DNA of 64,000 bases. It comes from Fretibacterium fastidiosum. GTDB taxonomy: Bacteria; Synergistota; Synergistia; Synergistales; Aminobacteriaceae. Below the pieces are notes generated by a model. The model was not told where the DNA came from, made no database searches, and worked only from the letters and a program-made list of their open reading frames with translations. Positions 1-10,441 of the stretch are shown piece by piece; positions within the stretch are counted from its first letter, which is position 1; every line of letters starts with the position of its first letter. A program made the position numbers and the translations under genes. The stretch is from positions 1,765,106-1,829,105 of the forward strand of contig NZ_OZ209244.1 in assembly GCF_964642095.1 (NCBI RefSeq). Direction: 5' to 3'.

Positions 1-204
1 GGGAAGACCCGCTGGAGCGGCCGTCGTTCCTCCGTCCGCGGCATGGTGATGAACCCGGTGGACCACCCGTTGGGCGGCGGCGAGGGAAAGAGCAAGAGCA
101 ACAAGCATCCCGTTTCTCCTTGGGGTACGCCGGCTAAGGGATATCGTACGCGCAGACACAAGGCCTCCGACAGGCTGATCGTGCGCCGCCGTTACGATAA
201 GTAA
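1..204 (+). CDS. rplB: 50S ribosomal protein L2, C-terminal part (5' end outside window)
   Basis: Frame 1 reads ...[54 protein letters not shown], the conserved L2 C-terminus. rpsS follows immediately. Confidence 0.9.
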   Translation, partial: GKTRWSGRRSSVRGMVMNPVDHPLGGGEGKSKSNKHPVSPWGTPAKGYRTRRHKASDRLIVRRRYDK

Positions 205-226
205 CAGACGAGGAGGACGTTAGAGG

Positions 227-511
227 ATGGCTCGTTCTACTAAAAAGGGACCTTTTATCGAACAGAGGCTCCTGGCTAGAATTGAGGATATGAACATATC
301 GGGAAACAAGAAGGTCATCAAGACCTGGTCCCGTCGCTCCACGGTGGTCCCCCAGATGATCGGGCACACCATCGCCGTGCACAACGGCCGGATGCACCTG
401 CCGGTGTACATCAGCGAGAACATGGTGGGGCACAAGCTGGGGGAGTTTGCCCCGACGCGCAAGTCCGCGCGCCACGCCGGGCAGGAGCGCGCCGCCAAGG
501 GCGTTAAGTAG
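227..511 (+). CDS. rpsS: 30S ribosomal protein S19
   Basis: 94 aa. [11 protein letters not shown]...HNGR motif. Lies between rplB and rplV. Confidence 0.95.
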   Translation: MARSTKKGPFIEQRLLARIEDMNISGNKKVIKTWSRRSTVVPQMIGHTIAVHNGRMHLPVYISENMVGHKLGEFAPTRKSARHAGQERAAKGVK

Positions 512-524
512 GAGGGGGCCGCTG

Positions 525-869
525 ATGGAAGCTAAGACGATGGCAAGGGCCATGGCTCGCCAGGCCCGGATCGCCCCGACGAAGGTGAGGCAGGTCCTCA
601 CCCTGATTCGAGGCAAGGGCGCCGAGGAGGCCCTCACGATCCTTCGCTTCAGCCCCCAGAAGGCTGCGCGGATCGTGTACAAGGTCCTTCAGAGCGCGGT
701 GGCGAACGCAGAGCACAACTACGGGATGGATATGGATAAGCTGTACGTCCTCACGGCCTTCGCGGACCAGGGACCCGTGATGAAGCGCTTTCGTCCCGTC
801 TCCATGGGGCGCGCTCATCCTTATGTGCATCGCACATCCCATGTGACCGTTACGGTTGCGGAACGTTAG
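525..869 (+). CDS. rplV: 50S ribosomal protein L22
   Basis: ATG at 525 after GGAGGGGG. MEAKTMARAMARQARIAPTKVRQV... is a typical L22 N-terminus. The listed ORF at 447 is an upstream in-frame extension. Confidence 0.9.
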   Translation: MEAKTMARAMARQARIAPTKVRQVLTLIRGKGAEEALTILRFSPQKAARIVYKVLQSAVANAEHNYGMDMDKLYVLTAFADQGPVMKRFRPVSMGRAHPYVHRTSHVTVTVAER

Positions 870-881
870 GAGGGTTTATTC

Positions 882-1562
882 GTGGGACAGAAGGTTCATC
901 CCGTAGGATACAGGCTTGGTGTCGCGTCGGACTGGCAGTCCAAATGGTACGCGGGGCGCAAGGAGTACGCCGCGAAACTCCATGAGGACCTCAGGCTTCA
1001 TGACTGGATCATGAAGAAGTGGGAGGGAGCCGCCATCTCCCGCGTCGAGATCGAGCGCGTGGGGCACGTGATTCGCTTCACGATCTGGACGGCGCGCCCC
1101 GGCGTCGTGATTGGCAAGGGCGGCACGGAGATCCAGACGATCAAGGACGAGCTTCAGGCCATGACCGGCGGCAAGGTGATGGTGAACGTCCATGAGCTGA
1201 AGAACCCCGACGTGGAGGCCCAGCTGGTTTCGGAGAGCATCGCCTCCGCCCTGGAGCGCCGCGTCTCCTTCCGCAGGGCCATGAAGCAGGCCATCTTCCG
1301 TGCGACGAAGGCGGGCGTCCTGGGGATCAAGGCCCAGGTGGCGGGACGCCTCGGCGGCGCGGAGATCGCGCGCACGGAGTGGTACAACGAGGGGCGTCTT
1401 CCCCTCTCCACGATCAAGGCGGACATCGATTACGGCTTCGCCGAGGCCCGGACGATGTACGGCGTGATCGGCTGCAAGATATGGATCTACCGCGACCGCG
1501 AGCACGAGCGTCCCATGATGATGCGCGGGTCGCGCCGCGATCGCGACAAGGCAAGGGGGTAG
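882..1562 (+). CDS. rpsC: 30S ribosomal protein S3
   Basis: GTG start. MGQKVHPVGYRLG...KH domain, 226 aa. Confidence 0.93.
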   Translation: MGQKVHPVGYRLGVASDWQSKWYAGRKEYAAKLHEDLRLHDWIMKKWEGAAISRVEIERVGHVIRFTIWTARPGVVIGKGGTEIQTIKDELQAMTGGKVMVNVHELKNPDVEAQLVSESIASALERRVSFRRAMKQAIFRATKAGVLGIKAQVAGRLGGAEIARTEWYNEGRLPLSTIKADIDYGFAEARTMYGVIGCKIWIYRDREHERPMMMRGSRRDRDKARG

Positions 1563-1568
1563 TCCTTT

Positions 1569-1994
1569 ATGCTTATGCCCAGCAGAGTCAAATACCGCAA
1601 GTCGCACAGGTCTCCGCTGCGTGGCGTCTCCAAGGGAGGCACCACGGTCGCCTTCGGCGACTGGGGAATTCAGGCGCTTGAGAACGTGTGGCTTACAGCG
1701 CGGCAGATCGAGGCGACGCGCGTCGCCATCTCCCGAAAGATGAAGAAGGGCGGAAAGATATGGATTCGGGTTTTTCCGGATCGCCCCTACACGAAGAAGC
1801 CCCTGGAGACCCGTATGGGAAAGGGAAAGGGCGCTCCCGAGTTCTGGGTTGCCGCCGTCAAGCGGGGCCGCGTGCTCTTCGAGTTTTCGGGGATATCTCC
1901 TGAGCTTGCGGCGGAAGCCTTCAGGACGGCCTCGCACAAACTGCCCGTCAAGGTGCGCATTGTATCACGGGAAGGCATGGGTGGTGAAAACTGA
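1569..1994 (+). CDS. rplP: 50S ribosomal protein L16
   Basis: [19 protein letters not shown]... 141 aa. Confidence 0.95.
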   Translation: MLMPSRVKYRKSHRSPLRGVSKGGTTVAFGDWGIQALENVWLTARQIEATRVAISRKMKKGGKIWIRVFPDRPYTKKPLETRMGKGKGAPEFWVAAVKRGRVLFEFSGISPELAAEAFRTASHKLPVKVRIVSREGMGGEN

Positions 1995-2209
1995 TGGATG
2001 CGACGAAACTTCGCGAACTCACGCTGGATGAGCTTCAGGAGAAGTACAGCCAGTACAAGGAGGAGCTCTTTAACCTTCGTTTCCAGAACGCAGTCGGACA
2101 GCTCAAGAACACGAGCCGCATCCGTGACGTTCGCAAGACTATAGCCAGAGTGCTGACCATCGCGGGGGAAAAGCGCCAGGCGATGGCCTCAGATGCCGCC
2201 AGGAGGTAG
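1994..2209 (+). CDS. rpmC: 50S ribosomal protein L29
   Basis: 71 aa. LRELTLDELQEK...LFNLRFQ motif. Start overlaps the rplP stop (ATGA). Confidence 0.9.
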   Translation: MDATKLRELTLDELQEKYSQYKEELFNLRFQNAVGQLKNTSRIRDVRKTIARVLTIAGEKRQAMASDAARR

Positions 2210-2215
2210 GTTTCC

Positions 2216-2518
2216 ATGGAGCCTTATAAGGAGACGGCTCCCGCGCACCGCAAGGTCCGCGTGGGAATTGTCGTGAGCAACAAGATGGACAAGACGGTTG
2301 TGGTTAAGGTTTCCCGCCTTGCGGAGCATCCCCTCTACGGGAAGCGGATCCGCCGCGCGAAGAAGTACGTGGCGCACGACGCGGAGAACACCTGCCGGGT
2401 GGGCGACGAGGTTCGCATTCGCGAGACCCGGCCCCTGAGCAAGACGAAGAGATGGGAACTGGTTGAGGTCATGCGGCGTGCTCCCGTCTTCGATTCTGAT
2501 ACGCCCGGAGAGGAGTAA
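2216..2518 (+). CDS. rpsQ: 30S ribosomal protein S17
   Basis: [20 protein letters not shown] motif. 100 aa. Confidence 0.93.
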   Translation: MEPYKETAPAHRKVRVGIVVSNKMDKTVVVKVSRLAEHPLYGKRIRRAKKYVAHDAENTCRVGDEVRIRETRPLSKTKRWELVEVMRRAPVFDSDTPGEE

Positions 2519-2521
2519 CTT

Positions 2522-2890
2522 ATGATTCAGCTGACGACAGTACTGAACGTTGCTGACAATTCGGGCGCGCGGAAGCTCTTCTGCATTCAGGTCATGGGGG
2601 GCAGCAAGCGCAAGTGGGGCACGATCGGTGACGTCATCGTCGCCTCGGTGAGGGAGGCCATCCCCAACAGCAACATCGCGAAGGGATCGGTCGTCAAGGC
2701 CGTGATCGTTCGGACCCGCAAGGAGGTTCGCCGCCGCGACGGCTCCTACGTCCGTTTTGACGACAACGCGGCGGTGATCATCGACGCCAACGGCGAGCCC
2801 AAGGGCACGCGCATCTTCGGGCCCGTCGGCAGAGAGCTGCGCGCCAAGAAGTACATGCGCATCCTCTCGCTTGCGCCTGAAGTGGTTTAG
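2522..2890 (+). CDS. rplN: 50S ribosomal protein L14
   Basis: [18 protein letters not shown]... 122 aa. Confidence 0.95.
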   Translation: MIQLTTVLNVADNSGARKLFCIQVMGGSKRKWGTIGDVIVASVREAIPNSNIAKGSVVKAVIVRTRKEVRRRDGSYVRFDDNAAVIIDANGEPKGTRIFGPVGRELRAKKYMRILSLAPEVV

Positions 2891-2904
2891 GAGGCTGTTC
2901 CATT

Positions 2905-3228
2905 ATGTCAGTAAGGCTTAAGAAGAACGACCGGGTGCGCGTGATATCCGGCAAGGACAAGGGGAAAGAGGGCAAGATCCTGCGCCGCATCCCGGACCGC
3001 GACCTGGTGGTGGTGGAGGGCGTGAACCTGGTCTCGCGCCACATGCGCCCGACCCAGAAGAACCCCCAGTCCGGAATCCACAAGCAGGAGGCGCCCATCT
3101 ACGCCTCGAAGGTCATGCTGGTCTGTCCCCATTGCGGCGCAGCGGTGCGCGTGGGCTCCTCCTTCCTGGAGAGCGGCAAGAAGGTTCGAGTCTGCAAAAA
3201 ATGCAGTGAGATCATCGACAAGGCCTGA
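2905..3228 (+). CDS. rplX: 50S ribosomal protein L24
   Basis: KOW motif [15 protein letters not shown]. 107 aa with a C-terminal Cys-rich extension. Confidence 0.9.
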   Translation: MSVRLKKNDRVRVISGKDKGKEGKILRRIPDRDLVVVEGVNLVSRHMRPTQKNPQSGIHKQEAPIYASKVMLVCPHCGAAVRVGSSFLESGKKVRVCKKCSEIIDKA

Positions 3229-3245
3229 GTGGGGAGGGGTTAGAA

Positions 3246-3791
3246 ATGGTTCCGCGCATGTTGGAAAAATACAAGAAGGAGATCTCTCCCGCCCTGCTCA
3301 AGGAGTTCGGATACAAGAACGTCATGCAGCTCCCCAGGGTCGAGAAGGTCGTTGTGAACATCGGGGTTGGCGACGCGAAGCTGGACATCAAGTTCATGGA
3401 TGCCGCCATCGCGGAGCTCCGCGCCATCACGGGCCAGCAGCCCCTCCTGAAGCGCGCCAAGAAGTCCGTTGCGGGCTTCAAGGTCCGCGAGGGGATGCCC
3501 GTGGCCTGCTCGGTGACGCTCAGGGGAACCCGTATGTGGGAGTTCCTGGATCGCCTCATCTCCCTTGCGCTGCCCAGCATCAAGGACTTCCAGGGGGTCT
3601 CCCGCAGGGGCTTTGACGGGCGCGGCAATTACAACCTCGGTCTCCGGGAGCAGCTGATCTTTCCGGAGATCAGCTACGACAAGGTGATCCGCTCAAGGGG
3701 CATGAACGTCTCCATCGTGACGAGCGCGTCCACGGACGAGGAGGCCCATGCGCTCCTGAAGGGCATGGGAATGCCCTTCAACAACCGCTGA
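3246..3791 (+). CDS. rplE: 50S ribosomal protein L5
   Basis: [18 protein letters not shown]... 181 aa. Confidence 0.95.
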   Translation: MVPRMLEKYKKEISPALLKEFGYKNVMQLPRVEKVVVNIGVGDAKLDIKFMDAAIAELRAITGQQPLLKRAKKSVAGFKVREGMPVACSVTLRGTRMWEFLDRLISLALPSIKDFQGVSRRGFDGRGNYNLGLREQLIFPEISYDKVIRSRGMNVSIVTSASTDEEAHALLKGMGMPFNNR

Positions 3792-3810
3792 AGAGGGGGC
3801 ACGATCTGAA

Positions 3811-3996
3811 ATGGCAAGGAAAGCGTTGAAGTACAAGGCAAAGCTGCCCCCCAAGTTTGAGGTTCGGCAGCACAACCGCTGCCCGCTCTGCGGCAGAATC
3901 CACGGATATATGCGCATGTTTGATATGTGCCGCTGCTGCTTCCGCAAGCTTGCCCGCGAGGGCAGAATACCCGGCGTTGTCAAGTCGAGCTGGTAG
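3811..3996 (+). CDS. rpsN: 30S ribosomal protein S14 type Z (zinc-binding)
   Basis: 61 aa. CPLCGR...CRCCFRKLA zinc ribbon. Lies between rplE and rpsH. Confidence 0.92.
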   Translation: MARKALKYKAKLPPKFEVRQHNRCPLCGRIHGYMRMFDMCRCCFRKLAREGRIPGVVKSSW

Positions 3997-4013
3997 CCTA
4001 AGGGGGCAACGGA

Positions 4014-4418
4014 ATGTACGTTAACGATCCTATCGCGGATATGCTCACGAGAGTGCGCAACGCGAACATGATTTACAGCGAAAGCGTGGATGTTCCCGCA
4101 AGCAAGATGAAACTGGCCATCGCCAGGATCCTGAAGGACGAGGGGTACATCAAAAACGTCAAGACGATCACCGATCCGAAGAAGCCCTACGCCTCCATCC
4201 GCATCTTCCTCTCCTACGGGCCGGAGCGCGAGCGGGTGATCCAGGGGCTGCGCCGCATCAGCAAGCCCGGTCGGCGCCTCTACGTGGGAAGGGACAAGCT
4301 TCCGGTCGTCATGGGCGGCCTGGGGCTTGCGATCCTCTCCACCTCCAAGGGGCTCAAGACCGGCGCCGAGGCCATGAAGCTGGGCCTGGGCGGCGAAGTC
4401 CTGTGCTACGTGTGGTAA
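4014..4418 (+). CDS. rpsH: 30S ribosomal protein S8
   Basis: [13 protein letters not shown] motif. 134 aa. Confidence 0.95.
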   Translation: MYVNDPIADMLTRVRNANMIYSESVDVPASKMKLAIARILKDEGYIKNVKTITDPKKPYASIRIFLSYGPERERVIQGLRRISKPGRRLYVGRDKLPVVMGGLGLAILSTSKGLKTGAEAMKLGLGGEVLCYVW

Positions 4419-4430
4419 GGGGGCTTCTCT

Positions 4431-4970
4431 ATGTCTCGTATTGGACGAAAAGCGGTGGCCCTGCCCAAGGGAGCCGCGGTCTCCGTCAAGGGAGATAAGA
4501 TCGTAGTCAAGGGCCCCAAAGGCGAGCTCTTCGCGCCCCTCATGCCGGGCATCGCCGTGGACGTTGACGGCGAGAAGGTGCAGGTCACCCGGTCGGGCGA
4601 CGACAAGCAGACCTGTGCGTGGCACGGCATGACCCGCGCCCTGATCGCGAACATGGTCACCGGGGTGACCGAGGGCTTCCAGAGGACGATGGAGATCGTG
4701 GGCGTCGGCTGGAGGGCTCAGCTGCAGGGCAAGAAGCTGGTCATGAACCTGGGCTTTTCGCATAACGTCGAGTTCACCCCTCCGAGCGGCGTCGAGATCG
4801 TGGTGGAGAACCCGATCAAGATCGTCGTCAAGGGAATCGATAAGGAGCTGGTGGGGCAGACCTGTGCGCTCCTGCGTCAGTACCGCCCGCCGGAGCCCTA
4901 TCATGGCAAGGGCATCCGCTTTGAGAACGAGCACATCATCCGCAAGGCCGGAAAAACGGGTGCGAAGTAG
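4431..4970 (+). CDS. rplF: 50S ribosomal protein L6
   Basis: [14 protein letters not shown]...VKGPKGEL. 179 aa. Confidence 0.95.
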   Translation: MSRIGRKAVALPKGAAVSVKGDKIVVKGPKGELFAPLMPGIAVDVDGEKVQVTRSGDDKQTCAWHGMTRALIANMVTGVTEGFQRTMEIVGVGWRAQLQGKKLVMNLGFSHNVEFTPPSGVEIVVENPIKIVVKGIDKELVGQTCALLRQYRPPEPYHGKGIRFENEHIIRKAGKTGAK

Positions 4971-4986
4971 CTAGGGAGCGCAGAAG

Positions 4987-5352
4987 ATGAGAAAACGAAG
5001 CAGAAACGATATGCGCATTGTGCGGCATGAGAGGCTGCGCCGCACGTTGGCCGGCACGGCGGAGAAGCCGCGGATGGCCGTTTTCCACAGCCTGAACCAC
5101 CTTTATGTTCAGATCATCGACGACGACCTGGGACGCACTCTGGCCTCCGTCTCCACCCTCGAGAAGGCCCTGAGGGGCGAGCTCAAGGGGACCTGCAACG
5201 TGGAGGCCGCCAGGGTCGTCGGCAGGCTGGCCGCGGAGCGCGCGAAGGCGAAGGGGATCGAGACGGTGGTCTTTGATCGCGGCGGGCATCAGTATCATGG
5301 CAAGGTCAAAGCCCTGGCTGACGCGGCGCGCGAGGCCGGCCTTAAGTTTTAG
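4987..5352 (+). CDS. rplR: 50S ribosomal protein L18
   Basis: [19 protein letters not shown] motif. 121 aa. Confidence 0.93.
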   Translation: MRKRSRNDMRIVRHERLRRTLAGTAEKPRMAVFHSLNHLYVQIIDDDLGRTLASVSTLEKALRGELKGTCNVEAARVVGRLAAERAKAKGIETVVFDRGGHQYHGKVKALADAAREAGLKF

Positions 5353-5373
5353 GATCAGGAGAGCAGGCTGAAC

Positions 5374-5895
5374 ATGATCAAAAAGCGAATCGATGCTAAA
5401 TCACTGGACCTCAAGGAGCGCGTTGTCGCCATAAACCGCGTCAGCAAGGTCGTCAAGGGCGGAAAGCGCTTCAAGTTCGCGGTCCTCGTGGTGGTGGGCG
5501 ACGGCGACCGTTACGTCGGGGCCGGAATCGGCAAGGCCAAGGAAATCGCCGAGGCCGTGCGCAAGGGGATCGAGAAGGCCAGCAAGGAGCTCGTCGCCAT
5601 CCGCAGGAACGGCGACACGATGCCGCACCCCGTCACCGGGTGCTTCGGCGCGGCGAAGGTCCTCCTCAAGCCCGCCCCCGCCGGAACGGGCGTTATCGCG
5701 GGCGGAGTGGTGCGCGCCATCATGGAGCTCGGAGGGGTGAAGGACGTCGTCACCAAGGTGGTGGGGCGCACCTCCAACTCCATCAACGTGGCCTGGGCCA
5801 CCCTCGAGGCGATCAAGGAGACCCGGACGGCGGACGAGATCTACAAGCTCCGCGGCAGGAAGCCGGCAGAGCCGGCGTCCGCCTCCGCGGATTAG
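5374..5895 (+). CDS. rpsE: 30S ribosomal protein S5
   Basis: VVAINRVSKVVKGGKRFKFAVLVVVGDG motif. 173 aa. Confidence 0.95.
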   Translation: MIKKRIDAKSLDLKERVVAINRVSKVVKGGKRFKFAVLVVVGDGDRYVGAGIGKAKEIAEAVRKGIEKASKELVAIRRNGDTMPHPVTGCFGAAKVLLKPAPAGTGVIAGGVVRAIMELGGVKDVVTKVVGRTSNSINVAWATLEAIKETRTADEIYKLRGRKPAEPASASAD

Positions 5896-5906
5896 GAGGT
5901 TTGACC

Positions 5907-6089
5907 ATGGCTAAGATTAAGGTCAAATGGGTCAAGAGCGCCATCGGTTTCGCGGAGCGCCAGAAGCGGACGATCAAGGCTCTTGGCTTCAAGAAGCTGC
6001 AGTCCACGGTGGAGCATGAGGACACCCCTCAGATCCGCGGAATGATCGAGCACGTCCGGCACCTTGTGGTCTGGACTGTGGAAGACTGA
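5907..6089 (+). CDS. rpmD: 50S ribosomal protein L30
   Basis: ATG at 5907 after GGAGG. MAKIKVKWVKSAIGFAERQKRTIKALG, 60 aa. The listed ORF at 5640 is an upstream extension overlapping rpsE. Confidence 0.9.
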   Translation: MAKIKVKWVKSAIGFAERQKRTIKALGFKKLQSTVEHEDTPQIRGMIEHVRHLVVWTVED

Positions 6090-6103
6090 GGAGGGGGACG
6101 GGT

Positions 6104-6550
6104 ATGAACCTTCATGATCTCAGGCCCGCACCGAACTCCCGCACCAAGGCGAAGCGCCTGGGGCAGGGCATCGGCAGCGGGACGGGCAAGACCTCCGGCA
6201 AGGGCAACAAGGGACACAAGGCGCGCACGGGCGGCGGCGTTCGTCCGGGGTTTGAGGGCGGCCAGATGCCCCTCGTGAGGCGGACGCCCAAGCGCGGCTT
6301 CAACAACGCCCGCTTTGCGCGGACCTATCAGATCGTCAACGTCGGGTCCATCGAGGACAAGTTCGAGGCCGGCCAGGAGGTCACTCCCGATACCCTCATG
6401 AGGGCGGGACTGATCTCGGGCGCCTCCCTTCCCGTCAAGGTCCTGGCGAAGGGAGACTTGCTGAAGGCCCTCACCGTGAGGGCGAACGCCTTTAGCAAGG
6501 GGGCGGAGGAAAAGATCAAGGCGGTTGGCGGGAAGGCTGAGGTGATCTGA
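6104..6550 (+). CDS. rplO: 50S ribosomal protein L15
   Basis: MNLHDLRPAPNSRTKAKRLGQGIGSGTGKTSGKG. 148 aa. Confidence 0.95.
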   Translation: MNLHDLRPAPNSRTKAKRLGQGIGSGTGKTSGKGNKGHKARTGGGVRPGFEGGQMPLVRRTPKRGFNNARFARTYQIVNVGSIEDKFEAGQEVTPDTLMRAGLISGASLPVKVLAKGDLLKALTVRANAFSKGAEEKIKAVGGKAEVI

Positions 6551-6551
6551 C

Positions 6552-7862
6552 GTGTTCGGGTCTCTCGGCGACGCCTTCAAACTGCCTGACCTGAAAAGAC
6601 GCCTTCTCTTCACCCTCGGCATCCTCTTCATCTTCCGGCTTGGGGCTCATATCCCAACGCCGGGAGTGGACACCGCCGCCATGGCGAACCTCTTCAACAG
6701 CGTCGGGGGCGGGGTGATGGACTTCCTGAACCTCTTCTCCGGCGGCGCGCTGAGCCAGTTCAGCATCTTTTCCCTCGGTGTGGCGCCCTACATCAACTCA
6801 AGCATCGTGATGCAGCTCCTCGTGGTGATCTTCCCCGCCCTGGAGAAGATGCAGAAGGACAGCGCGGACGGCCGCAAGAAGCTCATCCAGTGGACGCGGT
6901 ACGGCTCGATCGTCTTTGCGGTCGTGCAGGCCGTGGGCATGACGGCGTGGATCGGCAGCCAGGGGATCTTCTCAGGCACCTTGGGGGACGCCTTCATGAT
7001 CGTCACCACCCTCACGGCCGGCTCCCTGGCGGTGATGTGGCTGGGCGAGGAGCTCTCGGACCACGGGATCGGCAACGGCATCTCCCTCCTGATCTTCGCC
7101 GGCATCGTCGCCCGTATCCCGGAGGCCTTCATCCGCGTGGGGACGATGCTGCGCCTCGGCGAGATGAACTTCCTGGCGCTCCTTGCGGGGCTCGTGCTGA
7201 TGATCGTCGTGGTGGCGGGCTGCATCCTCCTGCAGGAGGGGCAGCGCCGCCTTCCGGTGCAGTACGCCAAGCGCGTCGTGGGGAACAAGGTCTATGGCGG
7301 ACAGAGCACCTTCATCCCCCTGAAGATCAACCAGGCGGGGGTTATCCCGATCATCTTCGCCTCTTCCATCCTGATCTTCCCCTACACCATCGCCAACTTC
7401 TTCAGCGACAGTGCCGTTGGGGCCTTTATCCGTGACCTCTTCGCGGCGGGCAGGATATTCTCCTTCTACACGCTCTGCTACGTCGTGCTGGTCGTCTTCT
7501 TCTCCTACTTCTACACGGCGGTGGTCTTCAACCCGACGGACATCGCCTCCAACATGAAGAAGTACGGCGGCTTCATCCTGGGCATTCGCCCCGGTCAGCC
7601 GACGTCGGACTACATCAGCCGCGTGATGGAGCGCATCACCATGGCGGGGGGCATCTTCCTGGCGATTGTCGCCATCATCCCCAACGTGATGACCTCCATC
7701 GTGGGGACCCGAAGCTTCTACTTCGGCGGGACGGCGGTCCTGATCGTCGTGGGCGTCGCCCTGGACACGATCAACCAGATCGAGGCCCAACTCCTGATGC
7801 GGCATTACGACGGGATACTGAAGAAGTCCGGCGGAAAGGCCGGAAGCCTGCTTCGCATGTAG
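6552..7862 (+). CDS. secY: preprotein translocase subunit SecY
   Basis: GTG start. 436 aa polytopic membrane protein. SALSQFSIFSLGVAPYI motif. Position after rplO. Confidence 0.95.
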   Translation: MFGSLGDAFKLPDLKRRLLFTLGILFIFRLGAHIPTPGVDTAAMANLFNSVGGGVMDFLNLFSGGALSQFSIFSLGVAPYINSSIVMQLLVVIFPALEKMQKDSADGRKKLIQWTRYGSIVFAVVQAVGMTAWIGSQGIFSGTLGDAFMIVTTLTAGSLAVMWLGEELSDHGIGNGISLLIFAGIVARIPEAFIRVGTMLRLGEMNFLALLAGLVLMIVVVAGCILLQEGQRRLPVQYAKRVVGNKVYGGQSTFIPLKINQAGVIPIIFASSILIFPYTIANFFSDSAVGAFIRDLFAAGRIFSFYTLCYVVLVVFFSYFYTAVVFNPTDIASNMKKYGGFILGIRPGQPTSDYISRVMERITMAGGIFLAIVAIIPNVMTSIVGTRSFYFGGTAVLIVVGVALDTINQIEAQLLMRHYDGILKKSGGKAGSLLRM

Positions 7863-7875
7863 GGGGCGGGACGAG

Positions 7876-8532
7876 ATGCGACTAGTCCTTTTAGGCGCTC
7901 CCGGCGCCGGCAAGGGGACGCAGGCCGCCCTGCTGAAGGAGCGGGAGGCGTGCGTCCACGTCTCGACGGGAGACATCTTGAGGAAGAACCTGGGGGAGAG
8001 GACGCCCCTGGGGCTGGAGGCCAAGAAGTTCATGGACCAGGGCGTCCTGGTGCCGGACGACCTCGTCCTGAAGATGGTGTCCTCCCGGCTCCTGGAGCCC
8101 GACGCGGCGGAGGGCTTCCTCCTGGACGGCTTCCCCAGGACGGTGCCCCAGGCGGAGTTCCTGGAGTCCTTTCTGACGGAGCACCACGCGAAGCTGGACG
8201 CAGTGCTCCTGTTCTCCATCGCTGACGAGGCCCTCGTCCGCCGCCTCTCCAACCGGAGGACCTGCCGCTCCTGCGGGGGTATCTTCAACCTCCTCACGAT
8301 GGGCGGGGCCGCGGGCGCGAAGTGCCCCTCCTGCGGCGGCGAGCTCCATCAGAGGGACGACGACCAGGAGGCGGTGATCCGAAACAGGCTCAAGGTCTTT
8401 CACGAGCAGACGGAACCCCTGATCGCCTGGTATCGGGACCGGGGGCTCCTCTCCGAGATCGACGCCGCAAGCGCCCCGGAGACCATCTACGCAGGGGTAA
8501 AGGCTGCGTTGAACCGGCATGCTGCACCTTAA
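7876..8532 (+). CDS. adk: adenylate kinase (zinc-lid type)
   Basis: P-loop GAPGAGKGTQ. LID domain with CRSCGG...CPSCGG. 218 aa. Confidence 0.95.
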   Translation: MRLVLLGAPGAGKGTQAALLKEREACVHVSTGDILRKNLGERTPLGLEAKKFMDQGVLVPDDLVLKMVSSRLLEPDAAEGFLLDGFPRTVPQAEFLESFLTEHHAKLDAVLLFSIADEALVRRLSNRRTCRSCGGIFNLLTMGGAAGAKCPSCGGELHQRDDDQEAVIRNRLKVFHEQTEPLIAWYRDRGLLSEIDAASAPETIYAGVKAALNRHAAP

Positions 8533-9304
8533 GACTCCCGAAGAGATCGACCTGCTGCGCAAGGCAGGCAGGGTCGTGGCGGATATCCTGGACCACATCG
8601 GCACGGTGGTCCGTCCGGGCGTCTCCACGGGAGAGCTGGACCGCATCGCGGACGAGCACATCAGCGCCTGCGGCGGGACGGCCGCCTTCAAGGGGTATCG
8701 GATGACGAGCAGGACGCCTCCCTTTCCGGGGATCGTCTGCGCCTCCATCAACGACGAGATCGTCCACGGCATCCCCTCGGATGAGCGGAAGCTCGAGGAG
8801 GGGGACATCCTCAGCATCGACGTGGGGGTCTGCCTGAACGGCTACTTCGGGGACGCGGCCTGCACCTACCCGGTGGGGGCTATCAGCCCGGAGCGTCAAA
8901 GGCTCCTGGAGGTGACGGAGACCTCCCTGAACAGGGCCATTGAGGCGGCCCGGGTGGGGAAGACGGTGGGCGATATCGGCTACGCGGTGGAGTCCTATGC
9001 CGTGCCCCTGAAGTACGGCATCGTCCGGGATTACACGGGACACGGGGTGGGGCGAAAGCTGCACGAGGCCCCGCAGGTCCCCAACTTCGGACGTCCGGGA
9101 CGCGGCGTCATGCTGCAGAGGGGGCTGACCCTGGCCATCGAGCCCATGATCATGTCGGGGCGCGAGGCGGTCCGGGTGGGCGAAAACGGCTGGACGGTCC
9201 TCACTGCCGACGGTTCTGACGCGGCGCATTTCGAGCGGTCCATCGTCGTCCTGGACGACGGACCTGAGATATTGACCCCATGGACAAGCCGGATGGGCCG
9301 TTAG
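8519..9304 (+). CDS. map: type I methionine aminopeptidase
   Basis: 261 aa. Metal ligands in GYFGDAACT...HGIP...GHGVG context. Follows adk. Confidence 0.93.
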   Translation: MLHLKTPEEIDLLRKAGRVVADILDHIGTVVRPGVSTGELDRIADEHISACGGTAAFKGYRMTSRTPPFPGIVCASINDEIVHGIPSDERKLEEGDILSIDVGVCLNGYFGDAACTYPVGAISPERQRLLEVTETSLNRAIEAARVGKTVGDIGYAVESYAVPLKYGIVRDYTGHGVGRKLHEAPQVPNFGRPGRGVMLQRGLTLAIEPMIMSGREAVRVGENGWTVLTADGSDAAHFERSIVVLDDGPEILTPWTSRMGR

Positions 9305-9588
9305 GCCCGGACCCCGTTTCCTGCCGTCTTGGGCAGGTGGTCCGATCCACAAAGGGAAAGGACCGGGGCAGGCTTTACGTGGTCGTCGGTTTCCTGGACG
9401 GAAATCGACTGGCTTTGGCGGATGCGGAGCGGTTCAATGTTCTGCAGCCCAAGAAGAAGAATCCAAGGCATGTTCAGGTGACGCCGCAGTGCGCGGCGGA
9501 GTTGGTCGCTTTGATAGAGGCGGGTAAGAACATCGACCGAGGCCGCTTCTGCCAGATTCTCGCAGGGCTCGGGATGCGCTTAGATTGA
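9280..9588 (+). CDS. KOW-domain small RNA-binding protein conserved between map and infA (start uncertain; in-frame GTG at 9337 is possible)
   Basis: [46 protein letters not shown] matches the map-infA KOW protein of Firmicutes-like operons. The ATG at 9280 overlaps map by 25 nt and has no SD. Confidence 0.6.
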   Translation: MDKPDGPLGPDPVSCRLGQVVRSTKGKDRGRLYVVVGFLDGNRLALADAERFNVLQPKKKNPRHVQVTPQCAAELVALIEAGKNIDRGRFCQILAGLGMRLD

Positions 9589-9617
9589 GATTTCAGAACG
9601 GAGAGGCAGGGCAGCAT

Positions 9618-9848
9618 ATGGCAAACGCAGGCGGCAAAGAGGAAGTCATCGAGGCTAAGGGAGTGATCTCGGAACCTCTCCCCAACGCCATGTTCCGCGT
9701 GGAGCTGGAGAACGGGCACAAGCTTCTGGCGCACGTTTCGGGGAAGATGAGGATGCACTTCATCCGCATCCTTCCGGGGGACAGGGTGCTGGTCGAGGTG
9801 TCTCCCTACGATTTGAGCCGGGGAAGGATTATATATCGCTATAAATAA
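9618..9848 (+). CDS. infA: translation initiation factor IF-1
   Basis: ATG at 9618. S1-like fold. [43 protein letters not shown]. 76 aa. Confidence 0.93.
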   Translation: MANAGGKEEVIEAKGVISEPLPNAMFRVELENGHKLLAHVSGKMRMHFIRILPGDRVLVEVSPYDLSRGRIIYRYK

Positions 9849-9891
9849 GGGCTGACCTTATTTCGAGTTCTTTTTTCGAGGAGTGGGAGCA

Positions 9892-10017
9892 ATGAAGGTT
9901 AAACCGTCGGTCAAGCCGATCTGTGAGTTCTGCAGGGTGATCCGCCGTCATGGCGTCGTTCACATCATCTGCAGCCGTAACCCGCGTCACAAGCAGCGCC
10001 AGGGTGTGAGGAGGTAG
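9892..10017 (+). CDS. rpmJ: 50S ribosomal protein L36
   Basis: Short ORF absent from the track (<60 aa). [38 protein letters not shown](VRR). Canonical position between infA and rpsM. Confidence 0.8.
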   Translation: MKVKPSVKPICEFCRVIRRHGVVHIICSRNPRHKQRQGVRR

Positions 10018-10021
10018 TCGA

Positions 10022-10399
10022 ATGGCTCGTATTTCAGGTGTGGACCTTCCGCGCGAGAAGCGCATCGAGATTGCCTTGACGTATATCTTCGGCATCGGAG
10101 TGCCCTCCGCCAGGAAGATTTTGGCGGCGACGGGCGTGAACCCCGACGTCCGGGTGAAGGACCTCAGCGAGGATGACGCTCAGAAGCTGCGCCGCGAGAT
10201 TGAGGAGCACTACGTCGTGGAGGGAGACCTGCGCCGTGAGGTCAGCATGAGCATCAAGCGCCTGATGGACATCGGGTGCTACAGGGGACTTCGGCACCGC
10301 CTGGGACTTCCCGTCCGCGGTCAGAAGACGAAGACGAACGCAAGGACGCGCAAGGGCAAGCGCCGCACGGTGGCCAACAAGAAGGTTGCCACGAAGTAG
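10022..10399 (+). CDS. rpsM: 30S ribosomal protein S13
   Basis: [26 protein letters not shown]. 125 aa. Confidence 0.95.
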   Translation: MARISGVDLPREKRIEIALTYIFGIGVPSARKILAATGVNPDVRVKDLSEDDAQKLRREIEEHYVVEGDLRREVSMSIKRLMDIGCYRGLRHRLGLPVRGQKTKTNARTRKGKRRTVANKKVATK

Positions 10400-10441
10400 C
10401 GGCCGGGCCTGAACGGAATTTTTAGAGGAGGCGAAACTCGC

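Noticed and set aside
876-1937. 353-aa antisense ORF across rpsC/rplP (and similar long minus-strand ORFs at 3693-4934, 6972-8297, 7891-8817, 8390-9352, 10034-10972)
   Set aside because: They overlap well-supported ribosomal/secY/adk/map genes on the opposite strand. Their translations are Arg/Pro/Gly-rich with no motifs. This is a typical stop-codon-poor antisense artifact of high-GC DNA.
9845-9876. Hairpin (ATAAGG-GCTGA-CCTTAT) with distal T-run after infA as a terminator
   Set aside because: The T tract is separated from the stem by ~8 nt and rpmJ follows within 20 nt in the same operon. It is too weak to call.
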